A program made the position numbers and the translations under genes. A DNA stretch of 64,000 nt from Octopus vulgaris (taxonomy: Eukaryota): assembly GCA_951406725.2 (NCBI GenBank), contig OX597824.1, positions 45,446,001 to 45,510,000 of the forward strand, read 5' to 3'. The notes under the pieces are model-generated. The model was not told the origin of the DNA, made no database searches, and saw only the letters and a list, made by a program, of their open reading frames with translations. Below are positions 12,721 to 26,950 of the stretch, one piece after another; the stretch's first letter is position 1; each line of letters starts with the position of its first letter.

Positions 12721-15039
12721 AGTTCAGAAAAATACAAAAGCAAAGCTGTGGAGTTGGAATTAATTATGGGGTTACTGGAATTGAAGTCAGTAAATATGTT
12801 TTGACTGATTAAATGTTAAATGTAATACATGCATTATAATCAAATGAAGGAGGATCTGGTAGAAGCAAATCTAAGAGTAAGATGTTAGTAAATTTTGGAT
12901 CTGGATTTTCTGATTCAACCTCTGTTCAGCGGATACAATGTTTCTATAATTTTGTAGAGATAAACTTTTCAATCCTTTACAATATTTTAATTTCATCTCA
13001 TGTATTATTTCATGCATCATTCACTTAAATTTTATATTCAAACAATACTTTAATCTGGGAAAGAAAAGATTGTGTACTTCGTCAAAGCTTTAACAGATTA
13101 GAGTGGTAAAAAATGACAGGATGGATCATGTTGGTCATGTAATTTGTATACTTTCAATTAATGTAAGAAATTATTAGCTTAATCACAGAGGAGTTGTAAT
13201 TGAAGATCTTGAGTGCCGACTCTACAGCCTCACTTTAGAGATAAAATTAAATGAAAGTCATTTAATGAAACCTGCAAAACATGCAGAGTTGTGCACTGAA
13301 TTGTCCTGTGCAGAAGTGTCAGATCATGGATGTGTGTGTGCGTAGAGAGAGAGAGAGAGATGGAGGTAGAGAAATAAAGTGATAGACAGAGATAGAAAGA
13401 TTGGTTAGCTAGATGAGAGAGGATGGGGAGACAGTAAGAAAGAGAGTGAAAAGTGTTATTCAATTCCTGTATGAAAAGGCAATGATATTTCCTCCACTAT
13501 CCTTAATATATAGCGTGCATATGTACCCATTTTAGAGTCATATGGTAGTCTTTCCCCTTTATGGTTTTGCTTTAGTGTGTAGAGTTTATATTTTTGAAAG
13601 TTATATTGTGATAACATATTGTTTTAACTTGGTTGATTATCAAATAGCTTGGGCCTAAATTCTGTGTTCACATGTATGTATACATATGTGGGTGTGAGTT
13701 AATGGAAGTGAGATATATTTTGTATTCAAAAACTGAATGCTATGCAGTAAGTGAAAAGTAGTATATTTTGATAAATGTGTAAAAGTGTAATGAAGACAGA
13801 TACAAAATGTTATACATTGAGAAAGTAAACAGCAGCAAATATTGGAAAGTGGTGTCATATGGAACATAATGTGGAAATATCTTGCAGTGCTGTTTCTGCT
13901 GAAGCAGATATTGACTTATAGATGAATTACTAATGAAAGATAACTGATGGCTGGCCAAATGGCTGGTTGGTTGGTATTTTCCATTCCTTAAAACCAGACC
14001 AATCAACACATAGCAAAGCTAAGGTTGTATTTTTCACTTACACAGAGGTCATCAAATACCATGAAATACAAAAATGAAAGTAGTGTTTAAATGTTGAATA
14101 TAATTTTAACATTTTGGAGTTATACTTTTATATTAGTAAACAACATAAGAAAAATTAAATTTAAAAAAAAATTGAAATCAGGTTGCTACTATATTACATT
14201 CTTAATATGGCTCTCACCATCAAATGCTTTTATATTGAACCAGCTGAAACAATAACTTTGCAGCATTTTAAGCATTTCGTGAATAATTGAATGGCTGCAA
14301 ATAGTATATTTGGTGTTTCTGAGTGATGTATGAGAATAAGAAAAAGATTATGCCTATATGATATTAACAATTTGACCTTTACAGTAAGAGACTAAAAATC
14401 AAAATAATGCAATTTTAAGACAAAGTCTTAACACAATGTTACTATATCATTCATAGAGACTGAACTATTTTTAAACTAAAATAATAGACATTACTGTTCT
14501 ATATTGGTTGGTGGTGAGAAATTAAATAATTTTTAAGTGTAGTATTATGTGCACGTTGACTAGAGTAACAATATCTAATCATTTCAAGGTAAAGGACTGT
14601 TTTCAAAAACACCATCCTTAACCTCAAAAACTTGCTCCAAATGAGATAATTTCTTGGGGAGTATTTTTGAAAAACATTTTTTAAGGCATTTGATGCACAA
14701 GCATAATGAATCTGTATACACTGACACATATACACAAACTTCAAAAAATAAACTTGTGCAGTACACAAAAATATGGCTGGAAAATTGTCTTCAGGATATG
14801 GAGCCTAGTGAGGCTTAGTAACATTAGAAATGATGAACAGCAGGCATGGAGTAGATACTATCAATTCTAATGCTCACTGGATAGCAGCCATAAACATAAA
14901 CACAACCATATTTGGAACAGGATAATTTCTGTTTAGTCAAAGGTCAGCCTTGATTGAGCAGACCTATGATAAAAGGCATTTTCTTGATATGAGCAGTTAC
15001 CATGACTTTGTGCTGTTAAAGGCGGTAATATTATCATGT

Positions 15040-16090
15040 CACCATAAGAGAATGTGAAACAAAGTTTGTGTTTATGGAGTTAATACAAATTTGAAGTGAG
15101 GTGTGTAGGTAGTATATGGAAGACACCTTTGTGCTGAAGCACTGAAGAGAGGTATCATTTGTATAAGAGTGAGTGTTATTAGAGGTGATAGCAAATGAGT
15201 GGTTAATGCATAGGAAGAACAGTGTAGTGGGGTCACAACCAAACCTTGTAGTACACCATAGTCGATCAGGTTTGGGTTGCAGAGAAAGTCCTATTAAGAC
15301 GAGCTGTGATGGTGTGGTATGAACTCAATTTTTGAACCCAAGTGATCACTAAAGTCCATAGATGAATCGTTTAATCAGAAGAATCATATGCCAGACTACC
15401 AAATGCTTTGTTGATGTTAATAGTAGCATTGCTGAATTTCTTATGGGAACACTGGTGACAGACATATGCCAGCAGGTATCCAGTGAGGAAGGAGAGGGAT
15501 GTCAGGGTATGGTAAAGGAAATTGTTAAAGCTGCTTATGAAGTCATCATGGTTGAAAAGTGGTGGGCCAGAAGATTCTATAAAGTTGTTACAGATCTTTT
15601 TCAGCAAAGGATCTTGCAGGTTGCACAAAGTGTCTTTTGCTTTACAGATGGTAATCTTCCAGTTGTGGTCATGCATAAAAGCCATCAAGATGGTAAAGAT
15701 GGATAATTTTTATAAGGCAATGTAAATAATGCTTTTCAACTGTACTGCTGCAGCACAGCTCCATGTGAACCACTTGTGGGATTTGTTTGTGTGAGGGATG
15801 TTAAAGGACATGCCTAGGATGATGGCTTAAGTTACCCACTGGTTTGCCTTGAGTAGATCAGTCAGGAGTAAAGTACAGATGTTCCAGGGATAATTAGTGT
15901 AAAACTGGCAGAAATCCGACAAGTTAGCTGATGTGAAGAGATACAGAGTAAGTATGTCAATGTGTGGTGAGGTAGCCATGGTTATTAGACAGTGGTCAGA
16001 GGATGCAACAGGTGTAGAAATAATTGTAATTTGGTAAAGGCTGGGTTTGGTGGTTAGAAAGAGATCAAGGATGTGTATGCATGATGAGAC
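15040..16090 (-). mobile_element. CR1/L2/Jockey-group LINE relic (endonuclease end + RT fragments)
   Basis: Minus-strand ILDLFLTT...SSDHCLI (APE C-terminus), ININKAFG (cf. LDISKAFD), GVLQG (cf. GVPQG) and HSYTNDTS (cf. YADD), in the correct order. Confidence 0.75.
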
Positions 16091-18761
16091 AAGTGTGCCA
16101 AAAGCTTAATATTATTATATAATAATTTTGAGAGTACAACTACTCTAGAATAGGCTTTGTACATTGTATCTAAGGATTGTGAATCAATCTTAAGCTGTTA
16201 TGTTTGACAATAACAGACTTAGGCTGTGTAAGAGGAGTGGTGGTTATCAAACATGATGATGAACGTCATGGAAGAAAACCAAGAGATAGGGAAGGGAAAA
16301 ATAAGGAATGTAATTTTCGTAAAAACTTCCTATGAGCAACTAATAAAAGAAAATGGACATATGCCAAATAATAAAGATGAATTGATGAAATATAAAGATT
16401 GGTTCAAATACATAAGAATATTAGCTAAGAACTGACAGTATTTGAGGAAGAGGGTTTGTTTCAAATTGCTTTGTGCTATTTCAGTAGAAATACTTATAAC
16501 GAAACAATAGTAACATAATTTGCTGAGATTCGAATTACACATTTCAGCTAGGATTATTGAAAGGTTTTAGTGTATTTGTACAAATCAATATTCTAAGGAT
16601 TGGAATATAGATGAATGAAGGAAGTAAGAATCAAGCCATAATTGCTTGAGAAATAATAGTTCTTGGCTAAAACATTAGAATAGAAGCATTCCATGTTAAC
16701 ACTGATGAATGCTTCTGAAAAACAGATATCTATATAAATTTTGCTGAAAATATTTGATAAGTGTATCATTCTTCCAACAAAAAGATAGCTCTTCTGAAGC
16801 TTTTCTTTCAACCTTAGTAAAGAAAACATATGGCATGTAGATAGCTGCGTGACTAAATGCAGTCCTAAGACCCAGCACTCCAGGTATATTCCATTTTGGC
16901 CTGGATGAAGAACACTGCATGCTGACATGTGTTGTGTTGGGTGCAGCCAGGAAGTCTAGATGTACTGAATTGCTGTTAGTATGTTGTTGTTGTGCATCCC
17001 TACACAGTATTGGAGTGGGGTCTACTGAAATTATTGATGCTGCAGCTATTTTGCTAAATATATGTTTTTAATTTTTGCCTAGCTAAGTGGAAAAAATAGA
17101 GTTCTTAGGATGGTTTGTAGTAGTATTATTGTTCTGTTGCAGATGTGCAAACATTTGAAAGTGAATGAACACGCAGAGGCAGATGGTCTGTAGGTATAGT
17201 CAGTGATGATGCTAATTGTGCTACTTTTAATCTATTACAGCCACTGTCTTAAAAAGACGTCCTCACTTTCAAAAAGAACATGGGAAATAACTTTTTTTGT
17301 TTATTTTTAATAGGCTAAGGCACAAAACAAATGTCTCTGAAAATTTAACTTGTAAACCAATAGCTTAATATGCTAACCACTTGGTCACTATATAGTCAGT
17401 CTTTAGTGAAACCACTTATAATAACAGGAACTTAAAACAAAGAAAAGAAAGACCAACAACAAAAATCCCAATTCATTTATTTTTTTAGTAGGAAATGCAT
17501 GGAAATAAAGAGAGAGGAAGGAGGGGAAAATTTTAGAAAGGATGGAGAAGAAAGTACCTCATTAGTACACTCCTATTGGTGAACAGCAATATACAAAGAT
17601 ATATGAAAAATACAATGTTGTCATTATGAATAGTGAAAAAACAACAGGATATCAAGCTTTAATTGCTAATGAGAGAGAGAGAGCACAAACAATTAAAACA
17701 GAGTATTTAAATGCCATCAGATAGGAATCAGCTGATCTACAAACAATTTGAGTCTGCCAATAATAGTTTTAAAGGATAACAGCAGTAATGTCACAACACT
17801 GGCCTTCTCATCAGACCAATTCATATAAGAGAGTCAAGACCACATGGAAATAGTAAATGTATTAAGTTTATTTAGTAGTACTGGAGAAGGGAAATAGCTG
17901 ATCTGGTTTCACAAAGTACAGGAAGTCTGACCTTTCCCAAGTGTAGTTCTGGCTCTCATCTGGTACAATATTTACAATTGCTAAACATTTTTCTTTATAA
18001 GTAATAAACTTGCTGGCTTCAAATTAAGTTACTTATTAATAAGTAAATTATTTAGTTAATGTTAATATGTTTAATGGAGCATAAAAGGATACTTAAAAAT
18101 AATTAAGCAACAAGAAAAAACAAACAATAAAATAATAATCAATGACTTAATTCTTTAGCAAATAGATGAGACAGTACTGGACATTTGTGTTGTTATAGAC
18201 CTCATCAGTATACATCACTTTATTGTTTAAACTATATTTTGAGAAATGTTCAAAGTGTGGTTCAGTCACTTTGATAGCAAGAGGCCTAACTAACTACTGC
18301 ACTGCTTTAATTGTTCTTATTTTGCTGAGATCATAAGTAATCAAGCTGAACCTGGCTGAGTTTTTGGTTGTAGAACTATAAATATTTTCTATTAGTAATT
18401 TGTTAAATCTAACAAACATCATGTTTAATACCTTTTTTTTACATACCTAATTCATAGAAATTATTTAACCCTAGTGACTGAATGCTAACTAATTCTTTCA
18501 ATGTTCAACCAGCCATATATTAGTCTAACAACTGAATTAGGTAGATGTTTTCTCAATAAAACAAACTATTTGATCCACCAAAACTTTCTGGATATAGTCA
18601 TGTATGAAACAAATTACACTATTTTATTGAGTAATTTGGGGTACAACAAAAGCCAAGCATCAAATGGGAGTGTTGTTTAAGACATAATATCACTTAGTTA
18701 TATGGGCATGATAGTATATTCTTGTTATGTCTCAATCTGACATTCTCTTATGAGTGTTATA

Positions 18762-18893
18762 CAGGGTGATTCAAAAGTCTCCATACGTAGGAAAAATTTA
18801 TTTTTTCCTAAGAAACAGTTTATAAGGCCTCCTAGATCTTCTGATCTGACCCCTCTTATTGTTCCTATGTATGGCGACTTTTGAATCACCCTG
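18762..18893. mobile_element. 132-bp Tc1/mariner-superfamily miniature element
   Basis: TA flanks. TIR CAGGGTGATTCAAAAGTC(T/G)CCATAC(G/A)TAGG matches at 28/30. Interior encodes PPRSSDLTPL (cf. WPPRSPDLTP). Confidence 0.9.
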
Positions 18894-19755
18894 TATATTG
18901 TGCCTTGCTTTGGACATCTAGAAAGAGTAGCTATTGTAAAATAGATGCTACATTGATATACATATCTCTGTACAGCTGACATACTGTGCATAATGAACAT
19001 AAAGTAAAAGCGGCTTCTGGGAGCAACTATAAAGTTGTGGTAATGCATTGTAACATTCCATAGGAGATCTAATTTCTCATTTAGTAGCCAGTCCTTTGCT
19101 CATGCCAATTCTAGGTGGATATAGTAAAGGCAGTTCCAGTAAAAGATAGAAACCTACTGGACAATGGAGAAAGCGGAACATTCCTATACTACTACACTAC
19201 ACCATATACAATTAACAACTGCATACCACTGTATAATATCGTTCCCCACCGGACAGAAATATGGCATGTCCAGAGCTATGGATTTGTAAATCATGCTTAG
19301 TCACTCAGTTGAAAATCTATGTGACATAAATATGCTTGGTCAAGGCCTAACCTAGAGCAACAAAGCTTTCAAGAAAACTGTGCTGACTTCTCTCTATTGA
19401 TAGCAACATTTCTAAGTTTGGCATTTAACTTCAAGCCATGTTTCTCAGCTGAGCCCTGATTCATTTCAGGAGTCCAAAGGAAAGGTGAAGTTGAAAGGGG
19501 TCACTGTTATAATACAGTTTGTACAGGTGTACTTATACAACATATACTGTAGTATATTTTCTTTGTGATTATAGATACACACAAAACAAATCAGAAGAGT
19601 TATGAGAATATTTGAATAAAGAGAAATATATAAAGAACTAATTCATATTGTATCAATGTGAAATTATTTCAAAAGGAGAAAAATTGGTCTGTGGTCAGAG
19701 TTAAGTATTATCAAAGCAAAATTGATGATATTTCAAAAGAAATAGGTACAGATTT

Positions 19756-20050
19756 GGCACCTTGGGCTAGTGACTTTTATAGCCTCAGGCTGACCAAAGC
19801 CTTGTAAGTGGATGTGGTAGATGGAAACTGAAAGAACCCCATTTGCATGTGGGTGTGCATGAGTGTGTGTGCACTTGCATATATCCCTGCCCCATAACTT
19901 AGCAGTTCAGCAAAAGAGACTGATAGAATAAGTATCAGGCTTAAAAAAATATATATATACAGGGGTGAATTAGTTCAACTAAAATTCTTTAAAATAGTGC
20001 CCCAGCATGGTCACAGTTTAATGACTGAAACAAACGATAAAAGATAAACT
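19756..20050 (+). mobile_element. SINE family A, 5'-truncated
   Basis: gcctcaggctgaccaaagccttg..ggaaactgaaagaa..(GT)n..gatagaataagtatc..gtgccccagcatgg..aatgactgaaacaaa, colinear with 25641-26035. Confidence 0.85.
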
Positions 20051-23000
20051 CAAATAAAAGTGACATACTTTGACTAGGTGAAAAAGTGATAACAAAATGT
20101 AAGTGCTTCCAGCTGAAAGCTCCACATACCTGATGCAAGCAGGCTTATGTGGTCATCAGGAGAGAATGCATGCTGTTTCTAGGTTGTCTTTTTGATGGCA
20201 TTATTGTGCAGTCCCCCACCACCCCACTGAGAGGAGGCCCTGTTTGCTAGATCAACTGGTTACTAGGCCTCACTCAGTATTCTCCTAGCCATTGCTTCTT
20301 TTTAACCAAATCTAGTGGTTTGACCTCTCCACTGTAGCGTAGATATCACTTATGATGATATTTGTTTTACGATGAAAATAAAAATACATATTTTGAATCA
20401 TATACCAAACTTACTTTTAAGAGAAATTAGTCTTTATATTCCCTATAAAATAAAGTGATAATTGTTTTTCACTGGGAAAAGATGGTGGAGAAACAAAATT
20501 CCCTGAAACATATCTAACTTTGATTAGATTGGAACCTTCCCTATATGGCTTTACATTGAACAATAATTAGTTTTACGAGGCACACACAAATCCCCCCAAA
20601 ATTTATTTCTACTAGATGGTAAACAATAAAAGAAAAATAACATGCCACATGTATAAAAAATATAGGATGATCTTAATCTTAAAAATAGTGCAAAAAAGCA
20701 GGGAGAGAGAGAGAGAACATCCATAAGCAGAAACTGACAAAGTGTAACTTGATCCTAGACATAGTATAAACTAATTTTCTGTTGTTGAAAATTTCAAATG
20801 CAAAACTGTAGATGTGTTGCTTCTTACGCAATGCTTGTTGCAGCTTTGTGTGGGAAATTATGCACATTTGAAACCATTTTTACTGTCTCATCAAACTACA
20901 TAGTTTTTTTATATTTTACTTTCAGAATTTTGTCTTTATTTTAAAATTAAAATGTCTCTCACATACATATAGAGAGAATGTGAAACCATTCCATATTTCA
21001 ACTATAGTTCTTTTCTATTTTTCTTCAACACCCTCAGTTATTACATAATTTTCACTAAGTTTTATCAAATATTACTTAACCAAACAATATTGTTTTCATA
21101 TATAAAGATAATCTAACTGCAAAACTAAATAAAAACATCACCATGAAAATATATTAAAAAAATGTAATTCTGAAAGAAAAAAAATGAAATTATAATTACA
21201 TCAAATCACTTTTTCTTTACATGCATTATTTTTCTATATTGTTATAGTTCATTCAAAGTTTTAGTAGGGTGGAGAGAGTAAATGTGTTGGTCATAATGTA
21301 ATACATAATATTCTTAAAAGTGACACATTTCAGTTCTCTGTGCAACTGTCTAGTGGTAAATGTAAGGCATATTGTATGTGATACCATTAGATAGGTAAAA
21401 AGTTTGTAGAAATAGAAGATTGATGCTGAGTAAGCTTTAAAGATGTTACATAAATTATATTGCTCTTTCAAAAATTTTTCCACATATGTTTGATCTTAAT
21501 TTGTTTAACAAAACAGTTTTAAAAAACCTTAAAAAAAACAACAAAAGACCACCACTTCAATAAAATACAAAACAAAAACAGAGACCATCTTAAACAGTTT
21601 AACTGCTTAACAATGAATAAGTAAAGAAAAACCTAGCTTTTGAAGAATGATATCTGTAACTCCAAATGTGTGTGAATAAGAAAATAAAGACAATGTAAAG
21701 CAACTGCACTTGTTTGTAGCACTTACCAATGTAGACATATGGTGGTGAACAACACCATCTAAAAATCTTAATATATACTGTAGATAATGTTGTAATTAGA
21801 TAAAAAGAAATGACCAATTAAGCTGGAAATTATATATTTCTTTCATCTAGTTTTAAATTCCTGTATCCCATACACCCCCATAAAAGTTTGCTGATTTAGA
21901 GAACTGATACTGTCTTTTTTTATATATATGTACATTTGTGTGCGCATATAAGTATACATGTATGTACATCAACAAACAAATGTACATGTATATTTTTCAA
22001 ACAAGTTTTTTTTTGTGTCTGTGCAAGTTTTACAAAACAAGAATGCTGATAACATACTACTTTGTGTAAAAACTATTTCTATATCATCTGGACTCACCCA
22101 AGAGCAATCAAGTTGCAATTTCTAACAGGTGCTGAATAGGACTTATGTAATCAGAAAAAGAAAATAATTGTTGACATTGTTGCAAAGTAACATGCTGTGG
22201 CTATATTTAATTTGAAAGAAATTAGTGTAAACATACAGAGTCAATAATATGATTATATAAAGAAAAATGCATAATGTGTATAAAGTCTAAAAGAAACAGA
22301 GAAAAACACCCTTTCTACTATACACAGTATTGGTACATTGACTAGACTACAACTAATATGGCTAGGAGCTCATTATGTAGTAACTAAAGCACTACTTTAA
22401 TTATGCAACTGATAAAAGATAGCAGTTTAACTTTGTAACTGAAAAGATATAAAAATTGTTGCCAAAAGTTCATCACAAAGATTAGGATTAATTCAGCCCT
22501 GATCAGCTGCTGATTTTTCTACAAGACTCAAGGATAAAGTCCAATCTTGAAGAACTGCTCACATGTATGGTTCTGTATTGCTACTGTTGCACATGCACAA
22601 AGACCCAAAGCCATATCCAAAAGATAGCCGATTGACTGTCACCAATAAAGTGATTCAATCATCAGCACACATACATGCAGTTTCCTCTCTTTGCTGCTAA
22701 CAATTTCTCTTCCCCTGAAATAGTTAACAGCATACCCTCTTCATCTAGGTTCACTTGTCTCTCATTGTTTCATATCCAGGATACTGCACAAAATAATTCT
22801 TTCCTTCCTTCCACCTTTTGCCCACCCCCTTTACAATTTTCTCAGCAAATACTATCCCGCTAATGTCAAAGCTGACCATCAACTGCACCAAGCTTACCAG
22901 TTAGAGAAAGGATGTAAAGGTCATAGACATACTTTTCTGATTAACTTATGGAATACACAAACAAACAAACAAAAGTTTTAAAGGCATTTAGTTGTTTTTA

Positions 23001-25640
23001 AAATAAAATATCTAAACTGGTGAAACTGTAACCATTACATTGAGAATAATTCCCCAGATGGTCATTAAAGAGCAATTTCCAAGAAAATGACAAATACCAA
23101 CTAAACCAGCATTCATCATGGGAAACAAGGTTAAGACACTTGCAGGATGGTTGTGAGAATTGAAAAGGATGGGAGTAGATGAATTGCTATGTTTAATAAA
23201 ATTAAAGAGGTTTTAAATAGGCCCAACTCCATGACAAAGAAAGCATTGATGAAAACTCCATTGTCTTCTCATTAATAAAGGAGTGAGTAAAAAAATCACT
23301 AATAACTTGAGGGGAGGAATTGGTATTTGTCAGTTTGAGAGTCAGTATACTAAGAGATATGATTCCCCAAGTATTTTAATTGTTGGTTCAAGAATCTCAC
23401 TTGATAGTGCATCTTAACCAGTTGGAGCCTTTCCTTTTGAAGCTAACTTCATGTGGGAATTTCAGCCGACTATTTGAGGCTAACAGTGGGAGAAAAGGAT
23501 ATAAAAAAAACAACAAAAAAAACCCCCACTCTTCAAGTATATAATACTGTTCTTACAATAGATGTTGTACCTTCTCATAATAGTTATTTACAACTTGGAG
23601 GATTGGGCCATTGAGAGTTAAGTGTTTTGACCAAGGATGCATTATTTACACCAGTGAAAAACTGTTGACTTTTCAGCAAGAAGGCTGACATAATGTTGAT
23701 TTTAGCCTTCTGCAACCTACTTGAGCCAAAACAAATTTGGCATAGGGGAGGGAGGAGGAGATGAATAAAATAAATGAAAACAGGAATTCCAAAATATTCA
23801 TATTATCACTTAAGAATATTTGTGACACTTTTACACACACACACACACAGATAGGAGGATAGGCGACTGCTTCCATTACTGGTCTAGCATGTTCATCCTT
23901 CTATCCAGTTCAAACATCTGGAAAATTCATGATAGCACTGATAAGTTATCAGTAGGAAGCTCACTTGCAATTTTAAGCACTCCTTTTTGAGTATACACAA
24001 CTTTAGATCCCACCACACAACCCAAACCAAATTTACAATATGGAAAGAAAATACAAATTAAAAGTTTATAAGTAGATAAATCAAAGAAAATATTAAAAAA
24101 ACCCCAAATAAAATAAAGAATTAAATAAAATACCAAAACTCATGTACGGGCAATGTAATTGTGAGTGTTTTAAGGTATTAAATCTTGATCATACCATGCA
24201 GCAGTGGTATAAAAGAGTGTTGCGATTAACAAGTGTGATGACATAGGATAAGTGGCATGGTAATGTATATTTACAAGTGACAAAAATGAGTTAATAATAG
24301 ATAGACATCAGGCTGGCATTCCAAATTCTAGCTGCAATAGATATCAAACTAAAGCTCTTAAATCTTGTGACAAACACCAAGCTGATGTTCTAAATTCTAA
24401 TGATAGACTGGCACTAATGTTCAAATGCTATGAAGAAGTCTGTAGTACTTTTAAGATTAAATTCACAATCATACACAAGATAAAATTCCACCTCAATTCT
24501 CAAAAGTCTAAATATAAATAACCATTCAAGAATATGAGCTTTTTTTCCCCCCCCTTAAAAAGAGAAGTAAAAATATTTAAATACATTTAATCTAAAAACA
24601 ACCCTACAAATAGACAAGTCAATATTCTGATGTAATCATCAGTCCACTATAGTCTTTAATGGAGGAATATTACCTCAAGTGCCACACTAGTTGCCTTTAG
24701 GTTTCTGCACTTATATACACAAACAACCCATCAACAACACAAGAATCTGCATTCGTTCCTTCATCATATCAATGCACAGCACAATGAAACAATATTTTTA
24801 GAATGCTCTGTCCAGACAGAATTAAAAGCTATCTCCAACCTCTCAATACTGTATCAGTCTTAACACAATACCAGTTTTATTTTCTATGCTATTATGGAAT
24901 TGAATGGATTTTAAATTCAAAGATTTATAAGTACTGTCACAAAAAGTATTTAAAAATGGAATTTTTTTCTTAGGTTAATATCCAGACTATGAGGTGGGAA
25001 TAGTCTACACAGGATATACAGAATATGTAAAGCTTGTAATACATTTATAGTTATTCCATTTGTTCTAAGTTATGCTAATGGTAAATCTTGTCAAAGAGAT
25101 AACAGCTGATGGCAGCATTGTGTAATGGCTGCTACTACTATTAAACTATTTTAACTATAAATTCTGTAACCAAGCTATTTAGAGCTACTCGTGTAATGGG
25201 TTTCTACATTTTTCTCTTCTGTAAATCATGTTAATAAATTAAAACTTAAATATTTTCAATTAAGTCTTTGGCAATTTTGGTAGCTGCTAATTAGACAGAT
25301 TAAGATTTGTAAGAATGGTACAGAGGAAGACTGTGGTATGCAGAAAACTCTATCCCACCATTGACCACATTGTAATATTCATAACACTTCAAGAAAAATT
25401 CTTTAAGACTGTCTTTGTCTCAGCTTAAGGCTTGAAAAAGATTCTAAGAAGACAATTTATGGTACCTTGACACATACATTCTAAACACTGGCTTCTAATA
25501 TTGGCACAAAGCCACACACATTTTGAAGAAAAGGTAAGAATCAATTAAAATCAACTCCAGAAAAACATACTGAACTTAGATCCATAATTATTGTGCTGCA
25601 TGGAACATTGGAATAATTTATATTATAGGCTTTATATCAT

Positions 25641-26035
25641 AGGTACAGGCATGGCTGTGTGGTAAGAAGCTTGTTTCCCAACCACATAATTCTCGGCAAG
25701 CATCTTCTGCTAGAGCCTCAGGCCAACATAACCTTGTGAGTTGATTTGGGAGGCGGAAACTGAAAGAAGCCCATTGTGCGTGTGAGTGTGTGTGTGTGTG
25801 CGTGTGCGCACGTGTCTTTGCATGTGTTTGTCCCCTGCCACTGCTTGGCAACCAAAGTTGGTGTGTCTACAGCCCTGTAACTTAGCAGTTTGATAAAATA
25901 AACTGATAGAATAAGTATCAAGCTTAAAAAATATAACTACTGGGGCTGATTTATTTGACTAAAAAATTCTTCAAGGCAGTGCCCCAGCATGGCTTAAGCC
26001 TAATGACTGAAACAAATAAAAGATAAAAAGATAAA
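25641..26035 (+). mobile_element. SINE family A with internal (GT)n and (aaagat)n tail
   Basis: tRNA-like head ggcatggctgtgtggtaagaagc, internal microsatellite and gataaaa-repeat tail. Several other copies in the window. Confidence 0.85.
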
Positions 26036-26447
26036 GATTAAATATTCTGCATGTGAGAAAAATTTTAAGATGGGGCCAGAAGTTTAGGAATGGCCATTTT
26101 GGATTTAAATCTTCAACTGAGACTAGATGTTATGCTTTTAAACCTCTTTAAACCAGAGGACTGTCAAATAAGAATTGGTCAAGAAAGTAATTGTATTTGA
26201 CATTTAGTAGCAAAAGCCTGATATAATGTAAATCTATAGAAATGGTTGCTAAATCAGGAATGGTCAACATATAGTGTTGTGCCAAAAGTGCATTGTTTTC
26301 ACTTTATCCATCACAGTGCAAACAAAAAGCAGAAAGTACACACTAATTCAATGAACAGTAAGACAATAAGGTCTTATTCATAGAAAGTTTTTCAGAAAAC
26401 CCACTGAAAGTTGTTTCTGAAAAAACAATTTCTTACAAAACAGTATA

Positions 26448-26950
26448 CAAGGGTGGGCTGAAAAGTTCATAGGCTGACTAAGGAGTTATCATACAGTAAT
26501 TAAACTTGGCATGCATTAAATTCAACTGTAACTGATATTAACTGCACTTTTTATTTCCAGAAAACTGATGAAGGGTGTTATGCTTCACCAGGGCGATGCT
26601 CTTACACACAAATCTGTGGTTGCAATTGCAGCTGTGACAGTGGTTTTAAACTGGTTGATCACCCTCCATATTTTCCTGATTTGGCACCATCTGGCTATTT
26701 TCTGTTCCCCAATGTGAAAAAACACTTGGCTGGCAAGTAGTATTGGACTAATGATGAGGTCATATCTGCTGTTGAGAACTATTTTTGAGGGTCACGATGA
26801 GAACTTCTATACCACAGGAATCCAAGCACTGCAACACTGATGGAAGAAGTGTAGGGACTGCAGGGGAGACTATGTTGAAAAATAAAACACATTTGGTCAA
26901 GTTCAACCACTGCGTCATGGTCAGCCTATGAACTTTTCAGCCCACCCTTG
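26448..26950 (+). mobile_element. 503-bp internally deleted mariner (irritans-like)
   Basis: TA flanks and perfect 31-bp TIR CAAGGGTGGGCTGAAAAGTTCATAGGCTGAC. Interior encodes DHPPYFPDLAPSGYFLFPNVKKHLAG...WKKC...GDYVEK* with stops. Confidence 0.93.

Noticed and set aside
15362-15725. Plus-strand ORFs of 114 and 67 aa
   Set aside because: Antisense shadows of the minus-strand LINE RT relic.
23088-23332. 13-bp inverted repeat tgacaaataccaa / ttggtatttgtca
   Set aside because: Short and AT-rich, no TSD or other support; plausible by chance.
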